A DNA stretch of 64,000 nt. It comes from SAR324 cluster bacterium. GTDB lineage: Bacteria; SAR324; XYD2-FULL-50-16; JAERRU01. A program made the translations under genes and the position numbers. This document shows, in pieces, positions 46,694 to 57,478 of this stretch. Within the stretch, counting starts at the first letter, position 1. Each line of letters begins with the position of its first letter. The notes beneath the pieces are model-generated. The model saw only the letters and a program-made list of their open reading frames with translations, was not told the origin of the DNA and ran no database searches. Location of the stretch: contig JAERRU010000018.1 in assembly GCA_016735295.1 (NCBI GenBank), positions 19,774 through 83,773 of the forward strand, given 5' to 3'.

Positions 46694-48289
46694 CTATATA
46701 TTATTAGTGGGAGTGGTTTTACTCTTAAATAATTGATAAATAAGGCTATCCACCAATCCTGCAAAACTAGCCCCAATTATATCGAAGCTAACCCCTACAG
46801 TAGTCCAAGTCTTGTCTAGTGCTTTAGATTCTATCAATACCCGCACCGTAGCCTCGCTCCCTCTCCCTAATTGTTCTAATATTCTCACCTTATAATCAAC
46901 CAACCTATAATCGGCTAATTGGGGGTAATAAACCGATATTCCTTTCTTCAATGCTAAAAATAAAGAATCCACCGGTCCATTGCCCTCACTGCTATAAAGG
47001 GCACTGCCCCCATCCTTTGTTACTTGAAGTTTCACAGTTGCTAAACTTTCGGCGTCATTACTAGCAACAAGTTTTTCATTGATTACTCGGTAACTAATAA
47101 CTTTAAAATAATCAGGCACTAGGTTAAATCTACCTAGCAAGAATAATTCAAAACTAGCGTCAGCCGCTTCAAAGGCGTACCCTCTATTTTCTAGTTTTTT
47201 CAATTCAATAAGCGCTTTTTTTAGCGATGCATCATCAAATTTATCAGCTAAATTCCACTTATCGATTTTATATTTTATGTTAGAATAGCCACTCAAATCA
47301 CTCACTAATACCCTTCTGGCATTACCAACTAAAGCGGGATCTATATGCTCATAGGTTTTAGGATTTCTTAATATAGCTGAAACATGCACGCCCCCTTTAT
47401 GAGCAAAAGCACTTTTACCAATGAAAGGTTGATCATCTATTTCTTTTAGGTTGGCTATTTCTAAAATGGTATTACCTAGGTGAGTCAATTTTTTTAATTG
47501 AGCTTTTCCTATAACTTTCATTCCCATTTTTAGCTGTGCGTTGGCCATAATACTGATTAGATTAGCATTACCACAGCGTTCACCAAATCCATTAATCGTC
47601 CCTTGCACCATTTTCGCTCCCTTTCTCACCGCGACTAGGGAATTAGCTACCCCCATCTCCCCATCATTATGTGCGTGAATGCCAAATTTTTCTGGCATAA
47701 TTGGCTTTAACTCATCTAAAATTTCTTCCACCTCCCAAGGCATGGCTCCCCCATTTGTATCACAAAGTACTAGATAATCAGCTCCCGCCTGCTTCACCAC
47801 CTCCATTACCTTTTTTGTATAATCAGGATTATTTTTGTAGGCATCAAAAAAATGCTCCATATCAAAAATAACTTCCTTAAAATACTTCTTTAAATGGCTG
47901 ATACTATCAAATATTAGTTCGCAATTCTCTGCTAGGCTTATTCTTAAGGCAGTTTCTACGTGAAAATCCCACGATTTGCCAAAAATACAAGCCACATCGG
48001 CCTCGCTCTTTATGGTTGCCGTTATATTTGCATCATCTTCTATTTTAACTCCTGCTCGCTTAGTAGAGCTAAAAACCGTAATCAATGAATGTTTAATATT
48101 ACTATTTTTAACTCTTTGAAAATACTCAAAATCCTTAGGATTTGAGCCCGGCCACCCTCCTTCAATATAATCTATTCCAAAATCATCTAAAAGCTTAGTT
48201 ATTAGTAATTTGTCATTAAGAGAAAATGAAACATGCTCCGCTTGCGACCCATCACGCAAGCTTGTATCAAATATGCTAAGATAACTCAT
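46694..48289 (-). CDS. cimA: Citramalate synthase (DRE-TIM, LeuA-type regulatory domain)
   Basis: DTSLRDGSQ, IEGGWPGSNPKD, FGKSWDFHV, LCDTNGG, HKGGVHVSA, EGNGPV, DYKVRIL. These motifs characterise the Geobacter-type CimA clade rather than LeuA. Confidence 0.88.
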   Translation of the reverse strand: MSYLSIFDTSLRDGSQAEHVSFSLNDKLLITKLLDDFGIDYIEGGWPGSNPKDFEYFQRVKNSNIKHSLITVFSSTKRAGVKIEDDANITATIKSEADVACIFGKSWDFHVETALRISLAENCELIFDSISHLKKYFKEVIFDMEHFFDAYKNNPDYTKKVMEVVKQAGADYLVLCDTNGGAMPWEVEEILDELKPIMPEKFGIHAHNDGEMGVANSLVAVRKGAKMVQGTINGFGERCGNANLISIMANAQLKMGMKVIGKAQLKKLTHLGNTILEIANLKEIDDQPFIGKSAFAHKGGVHVSAILRNPKTYEHIDPALVGNARRVLVSDLSGYSNIKYKIDKWNLADKFDDASLKKALIELKKLENRGYAFEAADASFELFLLGRFNLVPDYFKVISYRVINEKLVASNDAESLATVKLQVTKDGGSALYSSEGNGPVDSLFLALKKGISVYYPQLADYRLVDYKVRILEQLGRGSEATVRVLIESKALDKTWTTVGVSFDIIGASFAGLVDSLIYQLFKSKTTPTNNI

Positions 48290-48301
48290 GAAAATTTAAT
48301 C

Positions 48302-49216
48302 TTAATACCCGTAAATTGACCAAAATACAGCCCCCGCCATATGCTTTGACTCAATTAAAAAATTATTCATCAGATCCACCATTCCATTACCAAAGAAAAA
48401 ACCAAACAAGCCATCATCTTTAGTTTTAAGAAAAACGTATTCCTTAGCATCAGGTAAATTTAGATCTATTTTTATATCTTGTAAAACACCATAATAATCA
48501 GATATTTCATCTATCAGCCCCACCGCCTTAGCTTGATTACCAGTAAAAACTCGTCCATCAAATAAATTATCATAATTAGCCACATCAAGATTGCGATTCT
48601 CCAACACAGAACTAATAAATACCTGATGCAAATCATCTAAAACGCCTTGCAAAAGCTCCTTCTCTGCTGGATGAATCGGCCGAAAAGGTGACCCTATATC
48701 TTTATTCACCCCCGACTTTAAAATTCTCATCTTCAACCCTATCTTATCTATCAACCCCTTAACGCCAACATTTTCTGCAATAACTCCAATGCTCCCAGTG
48801 ATTGTGCCTGGATTGGCGTAAATTTTATCACCAGCTAAGCTGACCCAATATCCACCAGAAGCTGCTATCGTGCCCATAGAAACATACATCGCCTTTTTTT
48901 CACTTAATCTTTTTAATCCTTGGAAAACTTCATATGTCGGCACAACTACCCCCCCCGGGCTATTGACCCTAAGAATAACTCCCTTTACCCGATCATTCAT
49001 CAACATCTCTTCTATGGCTTCTAAATGCTCATCTGCTGATGATATAACACCATCTATGTTGATTACCCCAATCAAAGATCGATCAAATGAGGTAACAAAA
49101 TTACGCTCCCCATCTTTATCTAGCACTAAAATAAAAATGAACAACACCATCAAGATAAATAATGCTGTTATGGGGTATAATAATTTTGATTTGACTATAT
49201 ACAATAATTTCTTCAA
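48302..49216 (-). CDS. sppA: Signal peptide peptidase SppA (36K type)
   Basis: LRVNSPGG, AASGGYW, TGSIGV, KSGVNKDIGSPFR, DGRVFTG.QA. Confidence 0.95.
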   Translation of the reverse strand: MKKLLYIVKSKLLYPITALFILMVLFIFILVLDKDGERNFVTSFDRSLIGVINIDGVISSADEHLEAIEEMLMNDRVKGVILRVNSPGGVVVPTYEVFQGLKRLSEKKAMYVSMGTIAASGGYWVSLAGDKIYANPGTITGSIGVIAENVGVKGLIDKIGLKMRILKSGVNKDIGSPFRPIHPAEKELLQGVLDDLHQVFISSVLENRNLDVANYDNLFDGRVFTGNQAKAVGLIDEISDYYGVLQDIKIDLNLPDAKEYVFLKTKDDGLFGFFFGNGMVDLMNNFLIESKHMAGAVFWSIYGY

Positions 49217-49425
49217 TATAACACCTATATCTATATATCCTTGTTTTTATATGCCTACATCAATGCCAGATAACATCAAACATTCATTATAAGCCAACGC
49301 AGTAGCCTAACACATTAAGCTAATACATTCAAAATCTAAATAATCGTTGCGATATTTAGGTTTTTTTATTATATCTAGCTAGGCTCTCTACGCACAACCA
49401 GTATTTAATTTAACTCTTAATTTGA

Positions 49426-50268
49426 ATGCAACTTACCTTTTATGACCCATTTAATCATTTATTACCAGCAAAATGGTTATTTTGGATAACTATAATGGCG
49501 TCAAGTTTATTAGCCTTTAGTTGTGGATATAAAACGCCGCCGGAACCTATCAAATTTGAAAGTAAAGTTATTGCTAACGTTAATAATAGCCTGAAAAACC
49601 CTACCTTTAAAAGCTATTATATTGGTGATTATCTAATCATACCCTTGGGTGAACAGGATGCCAATTGGCAAAAAATAGAAGTGTTTCGTAATTACCTGCC
49701 CGAAATTTGCGACCCATGTTTTTTTAAAGAAGAATTATTAGCGGTAATATACAAAAATCAACCCACTAAATATCTAGCTAAACAACCTGATGATTATTGG
49801 CTTGATGATAACTTGATTAGCAGCCATAATGGAGCATGGTTAGGGCTTAATAAGCTTAATATAAACAACTTTCCTTACTTGATGATTAAATATAAAAATA
49901 TTGATAATCGCTATGTAACTAAGTTGGTTGATGTTCCTCCTAAACCTAAATTTTTAGCTCCGCTAATTAATGTGATTGCCCTTAATCAAGATAGCGATAA
50001 AGAATTTTCCTTGCACATCAAGTGGGACACCGCTAAAACACCTAAACAAAATCATTTTAATATCACTCCCCATGATTTTACCATTATCCCTAATCATATT
50101 AATCTTTTAATATTCAAAAGTACTGACCCATTTATTTATATGACTATAAGAGCTTCTTTAGGACAGGCTTTTATAAAACATCCTAACCAGATAGCTAAAG
50201 GTGGATTTTATGCCCAATTTGTTGATAATTATGGCAATAAATCTTTAGCTTCTAAATTTTTCCCATAA
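49426..50268 (+). CDS. Hypothetical lipoprotein
   Basis: Lipobox-like AFSC followed by GYKTPPEP, and an internal CDPC. Start uncertain. Confidence 0.6.
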   Translation: MQLTFYDPFNHLLPAKWLFWITIMASSLLAFSCGYKTPPEPIKFESKVIANVNNSLKNPTFKSYYIGDYLIIPLGEQDANWQKIEVFRNYLPEICDPCFFKEELLAVIYKNQPTKYLAKQPDDYWLDDNLISSHNGAWLGLNKLNINNFPYLMIKYKNIDNRYVTKLVDVPPKPKFLAPLINVIALNQDSDKEFSLHIKWDTAKTPKQNHFNITPHDFTIIPNHINLLIFKSTDPFIYMTIRASLGQAFIKHPNQIAKGGFYAQFVDNYGNKSLASKFFP

Positions 50269-50273
50269 CGATT

Positions 50274-52064
50274 ATGTTTATTAATAAAAAAATACTGCTA
50301 ACCAGCTTTTTAGCCTATATCCTGTTAACTAGCTGCCAGACAGGCCAGCTAAGTGCCCCTGAAGTATATTATAACTCTACTGCTAAACATGAATTAGAAC
50401 AGGAATATTTACTCAAAAAAAAACAAAATCCTCATATTATTCATGATAGATATATATTAAGCTATATTCTTTATAAAAATAACAAAGCACATCAGGCATT
50501 AGCTGAAATTAAAAAAATAATCCTAGAACAACCGTTTAATGCTAAATATCTTACCTTGGCAGGACAAATAGAATTTGATTTAAAAAATTATCCTTCTGCT
50601 ATACAAAGATTTTCCGCTGCTATTCAATACAACAAAACCTTGCTGAACGCTTACTATGGCTTGGCGCTATCTCACTACCGAACAGGGGATTTGGGTAAAT
50701 CTTCTAAAATAAACAACATGACCTTGCTGATAGATCCTACTTATTTTAAAGCAAAACTCCTAAAAATAAAGCTTCAGAGTTTGACTGATAATAGTACCAA
50801 GAACTATCTTACTTTATTAAAAAATACTTCACTTTTACTAAAAGAGCAACCAACCTCAACTGAAGTTATTAAATTGATGGTTAAACTCTACTTAAATCAA
50901 GGTCAAGTAGAAAATGCTTATATTGCCCTTAATAATTTTATTAGAAAAAATGGTGATAATGACCAGCTAAACCACCTGATATGCTCAATTGGCCTGACTT
51001 ATGGGAATCTTGCAAAAGCTGGCCAAATAGTTAATAAATTACCTGAAAATTCTCTAATGAGGTGGCAATGTGAAATTGAAACCCTCGTTGCTAGTAATAA
51101 ATTTGAACGTGCTTATCAACTATTTTTGGCGAAAAAAGATTTATTTGAACTAAATTTAGAAACTCGCATTAAAGAAGCTAGGCTCCTAATGCTCATAGAT
51201 CATCATAACGAAGCCTTGAGTAAATTAGAAGTTATTTATTTTGATAATCACCAAAAAAATCCCCTCCTAAATTATCAATTAGCTGAAATATATTTTAGAT
51301 TGAAAAATTATGATTCTGCTCATAATTATATACAAAAATCCATTTCAATTGATCACAATAACCTAGCCGCTAAACTACTAAATATAAAAATTCTATTAAA
51401 GTTGAATCTCATTGAAAGAGCCGAAAAAATATTTTATACAGAAAATTTTGCCCCTTTAAATCATACAATAATTGAAGTTCAGGCCGATATATTTTTTGCT
51501 AAAAAAGATTATACCAAAGCTAAAAAGTTTTATGGGATTTGCCAATATTTACTATTTCAATCTTCTGTAGCAATAAAAATTGCTCAACTAGAGCTGATTG
51601 AGCAAAATTATACAAAAGCTTTAGGTATATTAAATAATTTATCTGTGCTGCAACCTGATAACAGAGAAATTATTATTTCCTTAGCAAAATTTAATTATAT
51701 TTTGGGGAATTTCGGTAAGACCATAAAAGTGCTCAATAGACTTTCCGATCCCACCATAAACAACGAAACCGGATTAATATTAGGCTTAAGTTACATACAG
51801 GTAGGTCAAGAAAAGTTAGGTTTGCAATTTCTGCTCAGCACAGCTAATAACTTCCACCAAGATATCACCTTGATAGACTCTTTAACCTACAACCTGGCTA
51901 TACAAAAACGATACGAAGAAGCTATTCCCTATCTGGAAAATATAATATCAATAGCACCTCAAAGAGCTAACTACCTAAACCAAAGACTAGCCGATCTTTA
52001 TACGATAATCGAAAAAAATGAAAATAAAAAAATAACTGCTAAATGGCGATATCTATTTCGCTAA
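50274..52064 (+). CDS. TPR-repeat lipoprotein
   Basis: Lipobox LTSC. TPR helices throughout, e.g. AIQRFSAAIQYNKTLLNAYYGLA. Confidence 0.8.
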   Translation: MFINKKILLTSFLAYILLTSCQTGQLSAPEVYYNSTAKHELEQEYLLKKKQNPHIIHDRYILSYILYKNNKAHQALAEIKKIILEQPFNAKYLTLAGQIEFDLKNYPSAIQRFSAAIQYNKTLLNAYYGLALSHYRTGDLGKSSKINNMTLLIDPTYFKAKLLKIKLQSLTDNSTKNYLTLLKNTSLLLKEQPTSTEVIKLMVKLYLNQGQVENAYIALNNFIRKNGDNDQLNHLICSIGLTYGNLAKAGQIVNKLPENSLMRWQCEIETLVASNKFERAYQLFLAKKDLFELNLETRIKEARLLMLIDHHNEALSKLEVIYFDNHQKNPLLNYQLAEIYFRLKNYDSAHNYIQKSISIDHNNLAAKLLNIKILLKLNLIERAEKIFYTENFAPLNHTIIEVQADIFFAKKDYTKAKKFYGICQYLLFQSSVAIKIAQLELIEQNYTKALGILNNLSVLQPDNREIIISLAKFNYILGNFGKTIKVLNRLSDPTINNETGLILGLSYIQVGQEKLGLQFLLSTANNFHQDITLIDSLTYNLAIQKRYEEAIPYLENIISIAPQRANYLNQRLADLYTIIEKNENKKITAKWRYLFR

Positions 52065-52070
52065 ACCAAG

Positions 52071-52883
52071 TTAATTGATAGGGCAAGTATATTCTTTTAA
52101 ATCTTGCTTGCTGCCATAACTATTTGTTGCTTTATTAAAAGTAAAACTAATCGATTTTTTAGTTTCACTATTTTTCTCCACTCCATCAATCACATCTTGC
52201 CTATTAATGTCAAAATCAAGCTTAAAGACCCCATAACCATTTCTATTAAAATCTATTTTAATTTGGGCACTGTTATTTTGTTGATAGTCACAAATCAACA
52301 AATCATCAGTTAAGCATTTATTGGAGCTCAAAGAACATCCATATGGCATTGTGCCGATAACCCGGCTAGGATTACCAATTTTTATAACTACCGCTTGCTT
52401 ATTAAGATGTTGCATATATCCCTTATCGGTAAGTGATTTTACGATTAAAACCATAGCCACGTCTTTATTAGTTATATGATAAATAGAAGACAAAAAACCA
52501 TAACTAACACCCTTACCCACCTTGATTAAATTATTTACTAAGAAGCTACCTAAAACCTCAATTTTCTGATCTTTTTTAAATTTAGATACTACTAAAAAAA
52601 GTTTATCTTCACCCAAATCAGTAAATCTAAAAAAGGTAACTATATGCTTTGCTTCACCCATTTCATCAGTGGTTAAAGTATCAAGATGAACAGGTTTACT
52701 TTTTAATTGGGGGTTACCATGAAGAATAGAATCTTGAATAATCTTCATTTCATTAGTAGAAAGAATTGAGCTTTTAAGTGCTTGCTCCTTCGCCATTACC
52801 GCACTATCTAAAAATAATAATGATGCCATCCCTATCAATAATACTATTAGGGAATACTTAATTGAAAAATTTTTATCAATCAT
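52071..52883 (-). CDS. Hypothetical secreted protein
   Basis: Signal peptide ending VMA. 270-aa ORF with no recognised motif. Confidence 0.6.
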   Translation of the reverse strand: MIDKNFSIKYSLIVLLIGMASLLFLDSAVMAKEQALKSSILSTNEMKIIQDSILHGNPQLKSKPVHLDTLTTDEMGEAKHIVTFFRFTDLGEDKLFLVVSKFKKDQKIEVLGSFLVNNLIKVGKGVSYGFLSSIYHITNKDVAMVLIVKSLTDKGYMQHLNKQAVVIKIGNPSRVIGTMPYGCSLSSNKCLTDDLLICDYQQNNSAQIKIDFNRNGYGVFKLDFDINRQDVIDGVEKNSETKKSISFTFNKATNSYGSKQDLKEYTCPIN

Positions 52884-52982
52884 CTAAATAAAATAAATTA
52901 AATTTATATCTAAAAAAACTAACTCACCTTTTCATTGTATCACATTTTTTCACTATTTAAAATAAATATTTTTCTTTATCCC

Positions 52983-54491
52983 TCAATTACCGCCGCGATA
53001 AAAAAATGAACTACTATTAGAATAGGTAACTAACCCTAAATCATCTATTCCCGCCACTCGCCAATACAAAGGATTTTGAGAAGGAAACTCTTGCAAAGAT
53101 TCACCCAAAATGTTTTCTACTAACAGGCTATCGATAAAGTTTAGGTTGGTAACATCATTTTTTGGTACTCTCAATATCTGATCCAGGTCTTCAAATGTTG
53201 AATTTGAGCTGATTTCAATAAAAAATTGCTTAAAATTAAAATCTCTCCACGAAAATCTGGTAGATGTAGATAAATTAAGCACTGCTTGCTCTTTTGGCGT
53301 ATCTATTACGATATTAACCAATTCTAAAGAATTATTAGATAAAACCACATTACCAAACTCAGTGATTTTCTCTTCAGGCTCGCCAGTTTCGATAATGCCA
53401 AGCAATTTATAATCCTCAAGGGGATAATCTTGTGGGAAAATAACATTAAATTTAAATTGCTTTTCTTCACCAGGAGCAAATAAAATATTATCTTGGTAAT
53501 ATACCGGTGCCCCCAGCGGAGCAAAAAGATTTGGTGATCTGACTAAGTATATAGACACCTTCACCTCATCTTCATTTTTGACGCCACTATTTTTAATAAT
53601 CGCTGAAGTAGAAATAACATCGGTAACTAACGCTTGACGATTGGCAAAAATTATTTGGCTAAAACCAAGTGAAAATTTGTTATCAGAGCCCGCGTCTCGA
53701 CCAAAATTATCAACATCATCTAAATTTAATGAAAACCTGCGGTCATCTCGAATAACATCTCCTAGCACTAAAAATTCAGATCTTCCCTCATTTTCACTAA
53801 GTAATGTGCCTGATAAAGAATTAACCCGCACCTTGGTTAAGTAAACACCACCTGATTTAGGAGGTATACGATATTTAAAAATAACATTTTGCACCGCCGT
53901 AGCCGGTAAAGAGACAATTTTAGTATCAACAGTTTTTAATCTCTTATTGGGTAAAATAAAGTCTAGCTTAACTTTAACCGTTTTATTTTGACTAAACTTA
54001 TTTTGCACATAAGCCTCCACCCACTGTATATTCCCCACTCCAATTCTAGAATTAGCCACCACCACTTTTAAAATTTTTATATCGGGATCACCCAAAAGAT
54101 CACCTTCTTCCACTACCGCATCATTCAAATTAAATTCTTCAATTCCGCTAGGCGATGAAATAAAGGGGGTATCATCATCAAGCAAATACCGATCGGTTAA
54201 TATATCACTTGAAGTGCTATCAGATGCTGGAGAAGATAATTCAGGAGGCACTTCTTGCACCAAAAATTCCTCAATTTGAGATTCTTCACCTTTCTCCTCA
54301 CCTTCACCATCCAATAAAAGTGGTTCTACATTGTCAAAAATAGAATCTATCCTAGTGTTAGGCTGGGAATGATCTTCTATATCATCTTCTATCATGTTAA
54401 CAGGAGGGCCATCTAAATATTGTGTTTCTTGCCCGCCTATAATGCAAGCTGTCCCCATAAAAAGGCCAAAGCTAATCATAAACCGTTTCAT
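52983..54491 (-). CDS. Hypothetical exported protein with acidic N-terminal region and CARDB/Ig-like beta domains
   Basis: Start reassigned to MKRFMISFGLFMGTAC. Segments IKNSG....E..V.IYL, PGEEKQF.F and Y.L.GII.....ITE..N resemble CARDB. C-terminal YWRVAG. Confidence 0.55.
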   Translation of the reverse strand: MKRFMISFGLFMGTACIIGGQETQYLDGPPVNMIEDDIEDHSQPNTRIDSIFDNVEPLLLDGEGEEKGEESQIEEFLVQEVPPELSSPASDSTSSDILTDRYLLDDDTPFISSPSGIEEFNLNDAVVEEGDLLGDPDIKILKVVVANSRIGVGNIQWVEAYVQNKFSQNKTVKVKLDFILPNKRLKTVDTKIVSLPATAVQNVIFKYRIPPKSGGVYLTKVRVNSLSGTLLSENEGRSEFLVLGDVIRDDRRFSLNLDDVDNFGRDAGSDNKFSLGFSQIIFANRQALVTDVISTSAIIKNSGVKNEDEVKVSIYLVRSPNLFAPLGAPVYYQDNILFAPGEEKQFKFNVIFPQDYPLEDYKLLGIIETGEPEEKITEFGNVVLSNNSLELVNIVIDTPKEQAVLNLSTSTRFSWRDFNFKQFFIEISSNSTFEDLDQILRVPKNDVTNLNFIDSLLVENILGESLQEFPSQNPLYWRVAGIDDLGLVTYSNSSSFFYRGGN

Positions 54492-54586
54492 AAAAAAACA
54501 ATTTTTATTTGGACAATGATTTCTATTTCTTGATATATTAACTAATCGCATAAGCCATATCCTGTAGATAAAATTTATTAAAAATA

Positions 54587-57478
54587 TTAATTTTTAGTGA
54601 GTTCATCAACTTCTAAGCGTTTCAACAAATCAGGGGTAACCGCATCATTACGAAAAATTAGTAACTTGCCATCTTCTAGGGCAACTAACATATCTTTCAC
54701 GCCAGTACCATAAAGATCGCCAAAGGTTGGTACTGTATTAAAGCCCAGCTTTTTATCAATTGACCAGCTCGGAATTATTTTCCAATAGTATCCTTGCTCA
54801 TCAGAATAGCTATAATCATAAATCTGCACATTCCCTCTATCATTGCCTATAATCATTTCTGGCACACCATCATTATCAAGATCTTCAAATCTTGGGGCTA
54901 CCGATAGTTCACTTTTAAGCACTACTTGCTCTTGGGTTTCTAACTCAAATTGAGGAATAAATTCTGCGTCTTGGTAAAAACCTAAATTTTTAACTATGCT
55001 TAACACTCCATTCACATCACCGATTACTATATCAGGTAGAGTTTGATATCTAGTATAAAGCCTGCCAGGTATAGCATTTACACCTACTTTGATATCACCA
55101 AAATAATTTTCTCGTAATTTAAACTCAAAGCTTGGTTTTTGCCCTATATTTTCATAATAATATAATCTCCCACTTTGCGTTCCCACCACCAAATCTAATG
55201 TATCATTTCCATCAATATCCACTAGCAAAGGGGCGGCCTTCTTTTCATTATTAGGTAATGTGATAGTACTTTCTAATTTAAAATCCCAAAATTTTCTAGT
55301 CCCAGTGTTAATCCAAATATCGATCTTGCCATCTTGATAGCCGATCACTAAGTCACTTATTCTTTTATTTCTAAGATTTCCTAGATAGGGTACTGGGTTT
55401 TTCCGGTTAGTTTGCTCAATAAGATTTTCTGGCGTAAATATAAACACCGGAGGAATATTTCTAGGTTTATAATTACCTAATTTCTCACGAATGGCTTGTA
55501 ACTTCTTTTTATAGCGAGCTTTTTGGTATTGAACAAAAAGGTCATCTGTATCTAAATCATTTATCTTTTTTTGTAAAAATAAAAGAATATCTCCTTTATC
55601 ATTGCTCACCAACATATCTTTTAATCCATTATCGGTGATATCTATAAAGTAAGGTCTAACTTCAGGCATTTCTTCTAGATAAGTCCAATGAGGAAATTCA
55701 AATGGTTGGGCTAAAAATTCTTGAAAATCAGCCGGCACATCAGCCAGTAAATCTACCTTAGCAGGATTAAAATATAAAACATCAAGCTGGCCTGATTGAT
55801 TGCCAACCACCAAATTAGGTACTTGTAAATTATTCCAATTAAATAATGAAGGAGCACTAAAAGTACCCTCTGAAGTATTATCAACTATCATATCAAGCGA
55901 TATATCACCGAACTTAGGCTCTTCTGCGGTGCCGATATTTTTAAAAAACTTTATGCTTGTCCCTACTCCCCCAATAATCAAATCAAATATCCCCTTACCC
56001 GATATATCAATCGCTCTCGCTATTGGAGATTGCACATTTCCTAGCTCAATAAGATTATCATCAACCACCTTAAAATCAGGATTATTGGCGTCACCCGCAT
56101 TATCAAAATAATAAATTCGCCCCCCATGGCTAGCCACCAATAAAGTGGGCAATTTATCTTTATCAAAATTGATTATTTCTGGCGCTGCCCCAGGTAAATT
56201 ATGATCAGGCAAAAGGTTATCAGTTATTTTGGTAAGAGCCACCCCCTTGCCTGCACTATCATTGCTATAAAATGTGATGTTACCTTGATCGCTGCCTAGC
56301 AAAATATCTGCTTTGCCTCTCCCTAATAGATTGCCTGAAGTTATATTAGTTCCCTTACTAAAGCTGTTTAATCTTTCAAATCTGGTAATATTATCATCGA
56401 TACTCCAAATATTTTTAGCATCTTCAAAATTTCTAAATTCATATCTTTTTATTTTTGAGCTAAAACTGCCCAACAACAAATCTTGTGAATTTGGGCTAAG
56501 TTTTGTAAAATGTGGAGCAGCCTCGCCCCCAGCGTCTATTTTATAGAAGAAAAATTCTGGATCAGAGAATTTTGGCATCCACGGAGTGCCTATATTTTTG
56601 AAATAAGAAAGATAACCATCTCTTTGCCCCACTATAATTGCTGGTTGCATGTTATCTTCCCAATCGACACAAGAAGGGGCGGCGTTCTTTCCATATCCGA
56701 GTTTTAACACAAAATCAGGACTACTTTTAAATATTAAATGCTTTTGGTTATTTCTATCGCCTAAAAACACCAAAACTCGCCCATCAGCGTTACCTATCAA
56801 AAGATCTGGGTTGTCATCATTATTTAATTCGCAAAAAGTTGGTACACTATTTTCAAGTTTCATTTCCCTGATTGCTAAATCTGAAAATAAATTCTGATTA
56901 TCAATTAAATATTCAAATTTTGGTTTTTCTATTGTACCTATATTATGAATCAGCACCAAATTACCGTCTTCATTACCAACTAACAAATCTAATTTAGCTT
57001 TTCCTTGAAAATTAACTAATGCTGGGGCGGCCCTATTTCCAAAATCAAAGGGTCTCTTAGCATAAATTTTATTTTCATCTTTCTCCTTTTTATTAATAAT
57101 ATTTAATTCTATCTCTCTAAATACATCATTTTTATTATCAATCACCCCATAACCAGATAATCTAATATTTCGCAAAATAAACTTAGCCTTTGCTTGTGTT
57201 CCTATATTTTCATATAAGCTTAATGTTCCTGCTTGATTGCCAACTAGCAAATCTGGCAAATCATTACCAATCAAATTACCTACTACCACTTTAGAATTAG
57301 GAAATTCCCATGTAAAAACTAATTTTTCCTCACCATCTATAGTGGCATAGTACTCAGGAATCCATTCATATGTACTATTTTGAGCCCATAAAACGCCTAT
57401 ATTTATCCAACATATCGCCCATACAATTAATATTTTCCCAACTATTTTTATGGCCGTTAACGGTGATAATTTGATCAT
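54587..57478 (-). CDS. Secreted FG-GAP/VCBS-like repeat beta-propeller protein
   Basis: Signal peptide. About 15 repeats of P...D..G.G..DLLVG...G.L..Y.N.G. Confidence 0.85.
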   Translation of the reverse strand: MIKLSPLTAIKIVGKILIVWAICWINIGVLWAQNSTYEWIPEYYATIDGEEKLVFTWEFPNSKVVVGNLIGNDLPDLLVGNQAGTLSLYENIGTQAKAKFILRNIRLSGYGVIDNKNDVFREIELNIINKKEKDENKIYAKRPFDFGNRAAPALVNFQGKAKLDLLVGNEDGNLVLIHNIGTIEKPKFEYLIDNQNLFSDLAIREMKLENSVPTFCELNNDDNPDLLIGNADGRVLVFLGDRNNQKHLIFKSSPDFVLKLGYGKNAAPSCVDWEDNMQPAIIVGQRDGYLSYFKNIGTPWMPKFSDPEFFFYKIDAGGEAAPHFTKLSPNSQDLLLGSFSSKIKRYEFRNFEDAKNIWSIDDNITRFERLNSFSKGTNITSGNLLGRGKADILLGSDQGNITFYSNDSAGKGVALTKITDNLLPDHNLPGAAPEIINFDKDKLPTLLVASHGGRIYYFDNAGDANNPDFKVVDDNLIELGNVQSPIARAIDISGKGIFDLIIGGVGTSIKFFKNIGTAEEPKFGDISLDMIVDNTSEGTFSAPSLFNWNNLQVPNLVVGNQSGQLDVLYFNPAKVDLLADVPADFQEFLAQPFEFPHWTYLEEMPEVRPYFIDITDNGLKDMLVSNDKGDILLFLQKKINDLDTDDLFVQYQKARYKKKLQAIREKLGNYKPRNIPPVFIFTPENLIEQTNRKNPVPYLGNLRNKRISDLVIGYQDGKIDIWINTGTRKFWDFKLESTITLPNNEKKAAPLLVDIDGNDTLDLVVGTQSGRLYYYENIGQKPSFEFKLRENYFGDIKVGVNAIPGRLYTRYQTLPDIVIGDVNGVLSIVKNLGFYQDAEFIPQFELETQEQVVLKSELSVAPRFEDLDNDGVPEMIIGNDRGNVQIYDYSYSDEQGYYWKIIPSWSIDKKLGFNTVPTFGDLYGTGVKDMLVALEDGKLLIFRNDAVTPDLLKRLEVDELTKN

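Noticed and set aside
46694..48289. Annotation as 2-isopropylmalate synthase LeuA
   Set aside because: GGWPGSNPKD and FGKSWDFHV fit the citramalate synthase clade better, though only an assay is decisive.
48870..49292. 140-aa + strand ORF
   Set aside because: Mostly antisense to sppA, with no recognisable features.
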